Notes: generated by a model not told the origin, from the letters alone. Numbered from the stretch's first letter, positions 32,028-40,778 are shown. The stretch: 64,000 nt of DNA from Candidatus Xenobium occultum (GCA_002423485.1 DIWH01000066.1:70193-134192); one strand, 5' to 3'. A program made the numbers and translations.

Positions 32028-32591
32028 TCACCTCGTCGCGTAGTAGGGGATCATGACGGTGGTCTGCACGCGGTACTCCTGGTCCCGTGTGTTCCCTCCG
32101 ACATCCCGGAGGGGTGCCTGGACCACCACGGTGATCTTGACCGAGTTGGGCGAAAGCACCTCCAGGCCAAGCCAGTGGATGTTGCGGGCCAGCACCAGGT
32201 CGGCTTCGCCGGGTGTGTCGGCGTTGGTGGTGACGAGTCCTGTGCTCTGCTCGAAGAGGATCCACTTCTCGTGGTAGGTGGGAGACCGGGGGTCGAAGGG
32301 TTCGGCTGGAATCGTGTAGGCCACCTTGGAGGTCATCGGGAGCAGGTCGTCCGGAGTGTAGATGGCGTCCTGGGTGTCGGTGGCCGGGACGGCCTGGATC
32401 AGCCGCGGGGTCAGGCGCTGCATGGTCTGGCGGGCCCTTTGTTGGAGGGCCACGCGCCCCGTCCCGGTTGAGTAGGCAGACTGCGAGGCGACGTAGATCC
32501 GGGCCAGGATCATGCCCAGCAGCGCCAGGATCGCCGTGCTGATCACCACCTCGACCAGGGTCAGGCCGGGCTGACGCGTGCGTGGGGTCAT
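32028..32591 (-). CDS. Prepilin-type N-terminal cleavage/methylation domain protein (minor pilin, PilV/PilW/GspJ-like)
   Basis: QPG|LTLVEVVISTAILALLGMILA is the classic class-III signal (G-F/L-T-L-x-E). The ORF-track entry (402 aa) carries a non-protein-like 215-aa N-extension. The start overlaps the stop of the upstream pilin. Confidence 0.75.
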   Translation of the reverse strand: MTPRTRQPGLTLVEVVISTAILALLGMILARIYVASQSAYSTGTGRVALQQRARQTMQRLTPRLIQAVPATDTQDAIYTPDDLLPMTSKVAYTIPAEPFDPRSPTYHEKWILFEQSTGLVTTNADTPGEADLVLARNIHWLGLEVLSPNSVKITVVVQAPLRDVGGNTRDQEYRVQTTVMIPYYATR

Positions 32592-33097
32592 GGCCGCCGG
32601 TGGTGGCCGACCATTTCCACCTCCCGAACCTGGTCCTTCTCCATCCACTGGACGCTGACGCGGATCTCGGCGAGGTTGGAGCGATAGTCTGATCCCCCCG
32701 AGCCGGGCACCCGTCCGACCAGGATGCGGCGTCGGAACCCCGTGTGGGGTGGGATGTCGTGGGTGAAGGGAGCGGCTTCGAGGGGGCTGAGTTGCTCCCA
32801 CGAGGTCTTGTCGGTGTCGTTGAGCCCCGAGGTGGAGGGGGGGGGAAGGCTGTCGTAGAGGAAGGGCAGGTTTCGCACCCGGATCAGCTCCACCAGTTGC
32901 CGGCTGTAGTTCACCGCTTCCGAGAGTCGGGCGCTGTGGTTGGTCGAGTGCAGTCCGTAGGCAAAAGAGGCGAAGACCCCCAGGATGCCGATGGCCAGGA
33001 CGGCGATGGCAACAGCCAGCTCGACCTGACTGAACCCCCCCTCCCGCTGTCGTCCAGGAGGCAGGGGCGCCCCGAAGATTCTGCGTTGGAGGCTCAC
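32588..33097 (-). CDS. Prepilin-type N-terminal cleavage/methylation domain protein (minor pilin, FimT/GspH-like)
   Basis: REGG|FSQVELAVAIAVLAIGILGV prepilin motif. 169 aa. Confidence 0.75.
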   Translation of the reverse strand: MSLQRRIFGAPLPPGRQREGGFSQVELAVAIAVLAIGILGVFASFAYGLHSTNHSARLSEAVNYSRQLVELIRVRNLPFLYDSLPPPSTSGLNDTDKTSWEQLSPLEAAPFTHDIPPHTGFRRRILVGRVPGSGGSDYRSNLAEIRVSVQWMEKDQVREVEMVGHHRRP

Positions 33098-33223
33098 CCT
33101 TGATTAATAGCACGGATTCCTTGACTCGTCCTTCCTGCGCGCAACATTCGCGGGAGGGGGGGGGCGCAGATTGGAGAAACCCCTTCCTCGTACGAGGAAG
33201 GTTCCAATTCCGGAGGCACCCAC

Positions 33224-33493
33224 ATGGGCAAGACATCTCGCCGAAGATCAGATTCCGGTCAGCGACAGGCCGAGGCGCTTCGAAAGGCGAACGCCTTGTT
33301 TCCGTTCCACCTGATCTTCGGACTGGCCTGGGTCCTTTTCGGCCTCATTGCCCTGGTCTATGGCTTCCGCACCCGCGAGCAGGGGGCTTTGGCGGCCGGG
33401 GGATTGGTGACCGTCCTGGGCGGTTTCCTGTTGGTTCGGGCGGTGTCGGCCTGGCGGCGCGTCCAGGCCGGCCGCCCCAACTCCCAGGCCTGA
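33224..33493 (+). CDS. Small membrane protein (2 TM), hypothetical
   Basis: RBS ggaggcacccacATG. Two hydrophobic helices (FHLIFGLAWVLFGLIALVYGF, GGLVTVLGGFLLV). Confidence 0.5.
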   Translation: MGKTSRRRSDSGQRQAEALRKANALFPFHLIFGLAWVLFGLIALVYGFRTREQGALAAGGLVTVLGGFLLVRAVSAWRRVQAGRPNSQA

Positions 33494-33601
33494 CCCGGGC
33501 CCCCTGGGCTTGGAGGAGAATCCCGGCGTGCCTGCGAAGGGCACGAAGGTCCTGTGGACCCCAGATCATGAAGACCGGGGTCGGGCTCGGCCCCGGCAGA
33601 G

Positions 33602-34960
33602 GTGACGGCCCTGTCTTCCATCCAGAAAACCTATATTCTCGACACCAGCGTCCTGCTTCATCGGGCAGAATCGCTCTTCTCCTTCGGGGACAACCAGGTC
33701 GTGCTCCCCATCGTCGTGTTGGACGAGATTGACAAGTTCAAGCGCGGGACGACCGAACTGAACCGCGCCGCTCGCGTGGTCATCAAGTCCCTGGACCAGA
33801 TTCGGGAGCGCGGGGACCTCGACAAGGGGGTCCTCCTGGAGAACGGCGGGACCCTGGTCATCAACATCAACGACCGGGACGCCACCAAGCTCCTGCCGCC
33901 GGGCTTCGAGCCTTCCAACGACAACCGGATCCTGGCCACGGCCCTGGCCGTCCAGAAACGCCGTGAGGGGCCGGTCATCCTGGTCTCCAAGGACATCAAC
34001 ATGCGGGTCAAGGCCCAGGCCTTGGGCTTGATGGCCGAGGATTACCGCTACGACCAGATCGTCGACATCGACGAGATGTTCACCGGGCATCGGGATCTGG
34101 TCGTCCCTGAAGACGTGATCGCCGATCTGTATCGGGATCGCTCGGTTCCGCTCCATCGGGCCGGGGAACTGTCCCGTCCCCTGGCCCCCAACGAGTTCGT
34201 CATGCTGACCGGGGGGGCTCCCTCCTCACCGACCGCCCTGACCCGCTACAACCAGGAGGCGGGCCTCCTGAACCGTCTGCGCGAGGTCCGCTTCGACATC
34301 TGGGGCATCCGCCCGCTGAACCGCGAACAGCAGTATGCCTTCGAGGTCCTCCTGGACGACGACGTCCAATTGGTCACCTTGGCCGGCAAGGCGGGCACCG
34401 GGAAGACCATCCTGGCCATCGCCGCAGGTCTGCAGAAGGTGGTCAACGAGAAGGTCCATCGCCGCCTGGCCATCTACCGGCCGGTGATTCCCATGGGCCG
34501 CGACATCGGCTTCCTTCCGGGGACCGAGCAGGAGAAGCTCTCGCCCTGGATGCAGCCCATCATGGACAACCTGGAGTTCCTGCTCAACGAGCACGGGGGC
34601 GGAAAGAAGGGCAGCACCGGACGGGCCGACTACCTGTTGGATTCCAACCTGCTGGACATCCGCGCTCTGACCTACATCCGCGGGCGAAGCCTTCCCCAGC
34701 AGTTCATCATCATCGACGAAGCCCAGAACCTGACGCCCCACGAGGTGAAGACCATCGTGACCCGGGCCGGGGAGGGCACCAAGGTCGTCTTCACCGGTGA
34801 CCCCTACCAGATCGACCACCCCTACCTGGACTCGACCTCCAACGGCCTGACCCACCTGGTCGAGCGTTTCCGGGACCACGCCATCGCCGCGCATGTCACC
34901 TTGTCCAAGGGCGAGCGCTCGAAGCTGGCCGAGCTGGCTTCGGTGGTCATGGAGGAGTAG
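33602..34960 (+). CDS. PhoH2-type protein: N-terminal PIN domain fused to PhoH-like ATPase
   Basis: PIN-like YILDTSVLLHRA...VLPIVVLDEIDKFK. Walker A GKAGTGKT, IIIDEAQNLT, and the PhoH C-terminal region. Confidence 0.85.
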   Translation: MTALSSIQKTYILDTSVLLHRAESLFSFGDNQVVLPIVVLDEIDKFKRGTTELNRAARVVIKSLDQIRERGDLDKGVLLENGGTLVININDRDATKLLPPGFEPSNDNRILATALAVQKRREGPVILVSKDINMRVKAQALGLMAEDYRYDQIVDIDEMFTGHRDLVVPEDVIADLYRDRSVPLHRAGELSRPLAPNEFVMLTGGAPSSPTALTRYNQEAGLLNRLREVRFDIWGIRPLNREQQYAFEVLLDDDVQLVTLAGKAGTGKTILAIAAGLQKVVNEKVHRRLAIYRPVIPMGRDIGFLPGTEQEKLSPWMQPIMDNLEFLLNEHGGGKKGSTGRADYLLDSNLLDIRALTYIRGRSLPQQFIIIDEAQNLTPHEVKTIVTRAGEGTKVVFTGDPYQIDHPYLDSTSNGLTHLVERFRDHAIAAHVTLSKGERSKLAELASVVMEE

Positions 34961-34997
34961 CCACTCCCTGGCGGATTCAGGTGAGGGGAGCCGCATC

Positions 34998-35933
34998 ATG
35001 TCCTGTCGGATCTGGGGCCTGGTGGCCCTTCTGGTTGCGGTGGCCTGTGCACCCCAAGAGGCGGACCGGGTTCCTTCGCAGGGGCCGGTCCGCCTCGTGC
35101 GTCTGGCCACCTGGAACCTGCATGACCTCTTCGACGCCCGGGACGACCCCTATGACGACGAGGTGCGCACCCGCGCGCGCCTGGAGGCCGACCTGGAGGC
35201 CAGGGCCCGGGTCCTGCGCGAACTGGACGCCGATCTGCTGGCCGTGCAGGAGGTCGAGACCGGCGAACTCCTGCAGGAGCTGGCCCAGAGGACGGGCTAC
35301 GAGCAGGTGGTCCTCTTGGAAGGCAACGACGTCCAGCGCGGTATCGACGTCGGCCTCTTGAGCCGGGTCCCCTTGCAGGGCTCGCGAACCCACCTGGCCG
35401 ATCGCCTTCCCAGGACCCGCGGCGCCCCCCGGGATTCCCGTTTCTCGCGCGACTGCCTGGAGGTCCACGTGGCGGTTCCGGGGGGGCTGGTGCTGCTGAT
35501 CAACCACTTCAAGAGCCAGGCCTTCGGCGGTCGGCGCGCGGAGGCCCTGCGCCTGGCCCAGGCCGGCAGGGTCCGCGAGATTGCCCTGGGGCTGGCTGAG
35601 GTCCCGCTGGCCGTCCTGGGTGACCTCAACGCCGATCCCGATTCGCCCTCGCTGGCTCCCCTGAAGCAGCCCCCCTTCCTGGACCCCTTGGAGGCTCTGC
35701 CTCGGGAGGGGCGGGTGACCTGGCGGAAGGGGCGCCGCGACTCGGCCCTGGACTACATCCTGCTCAACCCGGCCCTGGCCCGGCGGCTCGTCCCCGGGTC
35801 GGTCCGGATTCTCGAAGGTGAGGCCGTCCGGGTGGCCAGCGACCATCGGCCGGTCCTGCTCGACCTGTGGCTCCCGGATTGGGAGGCTCAGGAAGGACCG
35901 CCTTCCCAGGCGGGCGAAGGCGCCCCTCCATGA
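34998..35933 (+). CDS. Endonuclease/exonuclease/phosphatase (EEP) family lipoprotein
   Basis: Signal plus lipobox LVALLVAVACAP. EEP motifs ATWNLHDLFD, LAVQEVE, LGDLNADPDSP, SDHRPV. Confidence 0.7.
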   Translation: MSCRIWGLVALLVAVACAPQEADRVPSQGPVRLVRLATWNLHDLFDARDDPYDDEVRTRARLEADLEARARVLRELDADLLAVQEVETGELLQELAQRTGYEQVVLLEGNDVQRGIDVGLLSRVPLQGSRTHLADRLPRTRGAPRDSRFSRDCLEVHVAVPGGLVLLINHFKSQAFGGRRAEALRLAQAGRVREIALGLAEVPLAVLGDLNADPDSPSLAPLKQPPFLDPLEALPREGRVTWRKGRRDSALDYILLNPALARRLVPGSVRILEGEAVRVASDHRPVLLDLWLPDWEAQEGPPSQAGEGAPP

Positions 35934-37177
35934 GCCTGCGCGCCCGCTTCTTCCTGTTCTTCCTGGCCCTGGTCCTGCTTCCGATCCCGGCCCGTCCGGA
36001 GGCCGGTCCGAAGGCCGGCAGCCTGCCCGCCCTTCAAGCCGAGGTCCAGCGCCTTCGGGAGTTGGAGTTCCTGCGCCCGGTCCAGGCCCTGGAGATGTCG
36101 CTGGAGCAGGCCGGCCAGGAGGTCCGCCAGATGCTGGGACGCGACCTGGGGAATCCGACCACCCAGGGGCGCGAGGTCTTCCTGCAATCCTTGGGCCTGC
36201 TCCCCGAGGGGACCAGCCTGGAGGCCTCGCTGGCCTCCCTCTTCGGCGAGCAGATCCGCGGCCTGTACGACCCCCGCAAGCAGGTCTTCGTGGTCGTCCG
36301 GGATGCGCCGGACCCTCTGACCTCCTCCGGTCTCCCGGCGGTCGTGGGTCTGGACCTGGCCGAGCTCTACACCCTGCACGAACTGGTCCACGCCCTGCAG
36401 GATCAGCACTTCGGTCTTCTGGCCCTGGAGGAACGCACCCGGGGGCGCTTCGACGCCTTGATGGCTCTGCGGGCCGTGCTGGAGGGAGACGCCAACCTGG
36501 TCATGTTCCAGGCGGCCGCCCGCCGGATGGGGCTGGACGCCGGGATCCTGGTCTCCTTGCTGGGCTCGGGCCCGGCGCCGAGTCTTCCCGGGTTGGACGC
36601 CTATCCTCAGTTCCAGGAGGCCCCCCGCTTCCTCCAGGAGTTCTTGACCATGCCCTACTTCCAGGGCATGGGCTTCGTGGCCGCCCTGCATCGGGCCGGG
36701 GGATGGCCGAAGGTGGATGCGGCCTTCCGCGACATGCCCGCCTCGACCGAGCACATCCTGCACCCCGAGAAGTTCCTGGGCGGAGAGGATCCCCCGCTGC
36801 GGGTGGACCTCTCGGCCCTGCCCGAGAGGTTCGGCTCCCACTCGCTGTTGAGCGAGGACACGGCTGGCGAGTTCCTGATCCGCGTGTGGGGCGAAGAGAA
36901 CCTGGGAACCGAGCTGGGTCGGGAGGCGGCCGCCGGATGGGGAGGGGATTCCTGGCGGGTCTACTCCGCCGACCAGAGCCGATTCTTCCTGTGGGTCACC
37001 GCCTGGGATACCGAGGCGGATGCCCGAGAGTTCGAAGCGCTGGCCCGCAAGGCCCGGGCCGCGCACCCCGACCGGATCGAGCGCCACGGCGCTCGTGTCC
37101 TGGTGATTTCAGGCGCGCCCGGAGACCTGGTCCAGGTCGTCTCCAGCGCTGCCGGGAAGGCGAAGATCCATCCATGA
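35930..37177 (+). CDS. Secreted HExxH zinc metallopeptidase-like protein (MA clan, DUF-type)
   Basis: Signal peptide FFLFFLALVLLPIPARPEA and YTLHELVHALQDQH (HExxH). ATG overlaps the upstream stop (ATGA). Confidence 0.55.
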   Translation: MSLRARFFLFFLALVLLPIPARPEAGPKAGSLPALQAEVQRLRELEFLRPVQALEMSLEQAGQEVRQMLGRDLGNPTTQGREVFLQSLGLLPEGTSLEASLASLFGEQIRGLYDPRKQVFVVVRDAPDPLTSSGLPAVVGLDLAELYTLHELVHALQDQHFGLLALEERTRGRFDALMALRAVLEGDANLVMFQAAARRMGLDAGILVSLLGSGPAPSLPGLDAYPQFQEAPRFLQEFLTMPYFQGMGFVAALHRAGGWPKVDAAFRDMPASTEHILHPEKFLGGEDPPLRVDLSALPERFGSHSLLSEDTAGEFLIRVWGEENLGTELGREAAAGWGGDSWRVYSADQSRFFLWVTAWDTEADAREFEALARKARAAHPDRIERHGARVLVISGAPGDLVQVVSSAAGKAKIHP

Positions 37178-38292
37178 CCGAGACCCGCTTCGACAGCCTG
37201 ATCCCCGACTACATCCAGCGCCTTGAGCCCTACGTGGCCGGAAAGCCCATCTGGGAGGTCCAGGAGGAGTTCCAACTGCAGGAGGTCGTCAAACTGGCCT
37301 CCAACGAGAACTCGCTGGGGCCCTCTCCCCGGGCGATCCAGGCCGTCCAGGACAGTCTGGTCGACATCCACCGCTACCCGGATACCGGGGGGCTGCGCCT
37401 CCGCCAGGCGCTGGCGGATCTGTATGACCTGAAGGTCGAGAACGTGGTCCTGGGCAGCGGCTCGGAAGGCATCATGTCCTACATCATGCGGACCTTCCTG
37501 GATCGCGAGGACGAGGTCCTCACCGCGGACGCCACCTTCGTGGGTTTCCAGGTGATGGCCCGGGCCCGGGCCGTGCAGCCGGTCTCGGTGCCGCTGAAGG
37601 ACTACCGCTTCGATCTGGAGGCCCTGGCCGATCGGATCACCGAGCGCACGAAGATCGTCTACCTGTGTAATCCCAACAACCCCACGGGGACCTTCTTCAC
37701 CAAGGCCGAGTTCGATCGCTTCCTCGAGCGGCTCCCTTCCCGGATCCTGGTGATCCTGGACGAGGCCTACTACGAGTTCGCCTGCGACCATCCCGATTTT
37801 CCCGACTCGATGAAGTACCGTCACGACCAGGTGATCACCCTGCGCACCTTCTCCAAGGCCTATGGCCTGGCCGGGGTCCGCATCGGCTACGGCTTCGCCC
37901 ACGACTTCCTGATCCGCAACCTGCACAAGATCAAGCTGCCCTTCGAACCCGGCATCCCCGCCCAGGCGGCCGGTCTGGGTGCCCTGGAGGACCGCGAGTT
38001 CCTGGCCCGCACCCAGGAAATGAACCGCCAGGGCCTGCCCTTCTTCTACAAGCACTTTGACCGTCTGGGATTGGAGTACCGCCCCTCGGCGGCCAACTTC
38101 ATCCTGGGAATCCTGAAGTCCAAGGATCAGGTGTCGGCCCTGTACGGCGAGATGCTGCGCCGGGGCGTGATCGTGCGCCCCCTGGAGCGCTTCGGCCTGC
38201 CCCACTGCTTCCGCGTCACCGTGGGCACCGAGTCCGAGAACCGGCGCTGCGTCGAGGTCCTGGAGGAGGTCCTGCCGGCCGTTCGCGGGTGA
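37174..38292 (+). CDS. hisC: Histidinol-phosphate aminotransferase
   Basis: Class-II aminotransferase fold. NPNNPTG, PLP-lysine region RTFSKAYGLAGVRIGY. Start overlaps the upstream stop (ATGA). Confidence 0.85.
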   Translation: MTETRFDSLIPDYIQRLEPYVAGKPIWEVQEEFQLQEVVKLASNENSLGPSPRAIQAVQDSLVDIHRYPDTGGLRLRQALADLYDLKVENVVLGSGSEGIMSYIMRTFLDREDEVLTADATFVGFQVMARARAVQPVSVPLKDYRFDLEALADRITERTKIVYLCNPNNPTGTFFTKAEFDRFLERLPSRILVILDEAYYEFACDHPDFPDSMKYRHDQVITLRTFSKAYGLAGVRIGYGFAHDFLIRNLHKIKLPFEPGIPAQAAGLGALEDREFLARTQEMNRQGLPFFYKHFDRLGLEYRPSAANFILGILKSKDQVSALYGEMLRRGVIVRPLERFGLPHCFRVTVGTESENRRCVEVLEEVLPAVRG

Positions 38293-38317
38293 GGGAGGCG
38301 GGCGCCGGAGAATAGAA

Positions 38318-38352
38318 CAAGCGGACCGGAGAGGGCCTCCTCCAGGACCCCT
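38318..38352. terminator. Bidirectional hairpin between convergent hisC and the surface-protein gene
   Basis: CCGGAGaGGG-cctcctccagga-CCCcTCCGG stem-loop in the 88-nt convergent intergenic region. Confidence 0.45.
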
Positions 38353-38380
38353 CCGGCCCGCCTTCACGAGACGGTTTGCG

Positions 38381-40060
38381 TTACTTCCGGCGCACCTTGA
38401 AGGTCACCGGCGCGCTCTGGGTTCCGTAGGCGTCCTGGGCAATCACGGTGATGTCCAGGTTGGTTCCCGAGGCGAGGTCGGTCGCCCCGATGGCGACGTT
38501 GAAGTGCCCCGAGTTGTCCGCTCGCGCCGAGTTCGTGATGAGTCGCCCGGGGATCGAGAGGAATCCCGGGATCAGGTCCTGGCGGGCTTGCGCCTGGACC
38601 TGCACGGTGGCGCCGGCCACGGTCTGGCCGAGCACGTTGAAGTTGGGGTCCACGTCCTGACCGTTGCTGGGGGACGTGACCTGCAACTGGGTGTTCCCCG
38701 TGCCGGTTCCGGTGATCTGGATGACGGCGGTGGACTGAACAGTCTGGGTCCGCCCGTCGCTCATTCGCAGGGTCGCGTTCATCCAGGAACTGATGTCCCC
38801 GGAGGCGACCGTGTAGGTCCCGCGGTAGAGACCGTACTGGACTTCCTGCATCGGGAATCCGGTGCGGCCGCCGATATCGAACGTCGCGGTGCCGCCGCTG
38901 GCCCCGTGCAGGTCGAAGGTGGCGGTCTGCCCCAGGCTGTAGGGCGGGTTGGGATTCAAGGTGAGGTTGCTGACCAGGCCCGTGGTGTTCCCGCTTCCCG
39001 CGGAGCCGGGGGAGAGGGTGAAGGACCACTGGCGGTCGAGGCTGTTGCCATACCGATCATTGCCGGTGATCCGGGCGGTGTGCTGCCCGGAGCTGAGGTC
39101 GTAGCCCGGATGCCAACGCACCTGGTTGCCCTGGAAGACCAGCTCGTTGGTCACGTCCCGGGTGTCGACCCACATCCGCAGGTTGCCGGACTGGACCTGG
39201 TTGGTGAAGTTGGCTCCGATGCTGGGCCGCAAGTCCGAGGTCACGGAATTGGAGGCCGGGAACTCGGAGGTCTGGGTGTTGGTGCTTCCCCCGCTCGTTC
39301 CGATCGTGATGGTCGAGGCGGCCTCCTGGAGGTCCTCCTGGCCATTCTTCGTGAGGCGGACCAGAAGGGTCGCCGAGTTGGTGACGAGTCCTTGTCCGAC
39401 CGACAGGCCTCCCTGGTAGCGCCCCGGGCTGACCTCTGGCATGGCGATGCCCGTGCGCAGTCCGACGATGTCGAAGGTGGCCTGCCCTCCGGCCGTGCCC
39501 AGGGCGATGACGGTCAGGGTTTCACCGACCGCGAGGGCGCGCTGCGGGCTGACCACCACCTTCTGGATGGTCGGGTGGGTTGTCACTGGGGTGGAGGGGG
39601 TTCCGGTTCCTTCGGCGCTGGTGATCAGCACCGTGCGCGTGGCCGCCCGCCACTCGACGCCGGCCCCCAGGGCCTCGCCGACGAAGCGCAGGGGCACCAC
39701 GGTCCGTCCTCCCAGGGTTCGGGCGGGCGCTTCCAGAGGCACCCACTGCCCGTTGACGCGGGCCTGGTTGGCTCCCAGCGTCAGTTCGATGTTGGTCGCT
39801 TCGCGCTGGGCACGGACGGTGCGGGTGCTCCCGTCCCACACGACGGAGGCCCCCAAGGCCTCGAAGATGCCGCGGAGCGGGACGAAGGTCCGCCCACCGA
39901 GGATGACGGCGGGCTGGTCGGTTCTCAGCAGGTTGCCATCGACAAACACCGAGATCCCCTGGGCGCTGGCGGGGCCAGCCATCAGTGTGAAGAAGGCGGC
40001 CAGGGCCAGCAGGCCCAGGACGCGTTTGTATTCCTTGAAGTTCACGGGTTCCACCTCCAT
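38381..40060 (-). CDS. Secreted cell-surface protein with two copper-amine-oxidase-type N-terminal (stalk) domains and repeated Ig-like/beta-rich modules
   Basis: Signal peptide LLALAAFFTLMAGPASAQG. Two copies of ...VDGNLL..D.PAVILGGRTFVPLR.I.EALGA.V.WDG.TRTV. An internal ~100-aa repeat (GGQATFDIVGLRTG.AMPEV..G.YQG / GGTATFDIGGRTGFPMQEVQYGLYRG). Confidence 0.65.
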   Translation of the reverse strand: MEVEPVNFKEYKRVLGLLALAAFFTLMAGPASAQGISVFVDGNLLRTDQPAVILGGRTFVPLRGIFEALGASVVWDGSTRTVRAQREATNIELTLGANQARVNGQWVPLEAPARTLGGRTVVPLRFVGEALGAGVEWRAATRTVLITSAEGTGTPSTPVTTHPTIQKVVVSPQRALAVGETLTVIALGTAGGQATFDIVGLRTGIAMPEVSPGRYQGGLSVGQGLVTNSATLLVRLTKNGQEDLQEAASTITIGTSGGSTNTQTSEFPASNSVTSDLRPSIGANFTNQVQSGNLRMWVDTRDVTNELVFQGNQVRWHPGYDLSSGQHTARITGNDRYGNSLDRQWSFTLSPGSAGSGNTTGLVSNLTLNPNPPYSLGQTATFDLHGASGGTATFDIGGRTGFPMQEVQYGLYRGTYTVASGDISSWMNATLRMSDGRTQTVQSTAVIQITGTGTGNTQLQVTSPSNGQDVDPNFNVLGQTVAGATVQVQAQARQDLIPGFLSIPGRLITNSARADNSGHFNVAIGATDLASGTNLDITVIAQDAYGTQSAPVTFKVRRK

Positions 40061-40295
40061 GTTCTCCCGAGCGTGCTTGGGAGGCCGTCTTGGGTCGTCT
40101 TCTGTTCAGACGCTTGCATTGTCACTTCTTTCTGTCGATTTCTTGTCTTGGTCGATGGCGGTTCAGGATCTACTAAAAAGCATTGCATGTGGCTGCGTCA
40201 AATCGCCATTTCTCGCTTCAAGAAGTCAGTCTTTATAGGGGTTTTGGCTTCGGTCCAGGTGTGCTGTTGGTTTTGCATTCTGGTCGCTCAGGCTC

Positions 40296-40324
40296 TTGCA
40301 TCGATGGTCCAAAAGGGGTACAAT
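40296..40324 (+). promoter_or_regulatory. Near-consensus sigma70 promoter (TTGCAT-17 nt-TACAAT) upstream of the GlsB-family gene
   Basis: TTGCATcgatggtccaaaaggggTACAAT. Lies in a 380-nt AT-richer island and would give a ~115-nt leader to the 40443 start. Confidence 0.45.
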
Positions 40325-40442
40325 TGAGTCCAGGCCTCACTGGGAATCAATTCGGGTCACGAGGCTGGGGATTCTCTACTCTTGCCGACCGTGAGGTTGG
40401 CATCGGGACAGAAGTTTCGAGAAGTCGAGACCTGTACCCAGG

Positions 40443-40721
40443 ATGAAGGGGGCGTCGCACATGAGCCTCTTGGGTTGGATTCTCTTCCTGGTTGTCGCTG
40501 CTGTTTGCGCCTGGATCGCTGGCGCAATCGTCCCAGGGGCTGTCCCTGGTGGTTTCCTGACGGCCATGGTCCTCGGGGTGGTTGGGGCCTGGCTGGGGAC
40601 CAGGATGATCGGCCAGTTTGGACCGACGCTGGCCGGCGTGCCCCTGTTGCCGGCCATCCTCGGTTCGGGGATCTTGATCTTCGTTCTCGCCCTGGCATCG
40701 AGAGGGCTTCGTCGGGGCTGA
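40443..40721 (+). CDS. GlsB/YeaQ/YmgE-family transglycosylase-associated stress membrane protein
   Basis: LGWILFLVVAAVCAWIAGAIVPG...GFLTAMVLGVVGAWLG is the typical family pattern (three TM, Gly-rich). Confidence 0.65.
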   Translation: MKGASHMSLLGWILFLVVAAVCAWIAGAIVPGAVPGGFLTAMVLGVVGAWLGTRMIGQFGPTLAGVPLLPAILGSGILIFVLALASRGLRRG

Positions 40722-40743
40722 CAGGCCGCTCGCTCTGGTCCGA

Positions 40744-40778
40744 GTGGCCCCCTCTGGCGCGAGTGCAGAGGGGGCCAC
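40744..40778. terminator. Bidirectional rho-independent-type hairpin (perfect 13-bp stem)
   Basis: GTGGCCCCCTCTG-gcgcgagtg-CAGAGGGGGCCAC between convergent genes ending at 40721 and 40793. Confidence 0.6.

Noticed and set aside
35818-38292. 824-aa single plus-strand ORF suggesting a giant fusion protein
   Set aside because: Only the last 372 codons (from ATG 37174) look like protein; they are HisC. The upstream 450 codons are R/G/P-rich out-of-frame translation of the EEP and HExxH genes, which lie in other frames.
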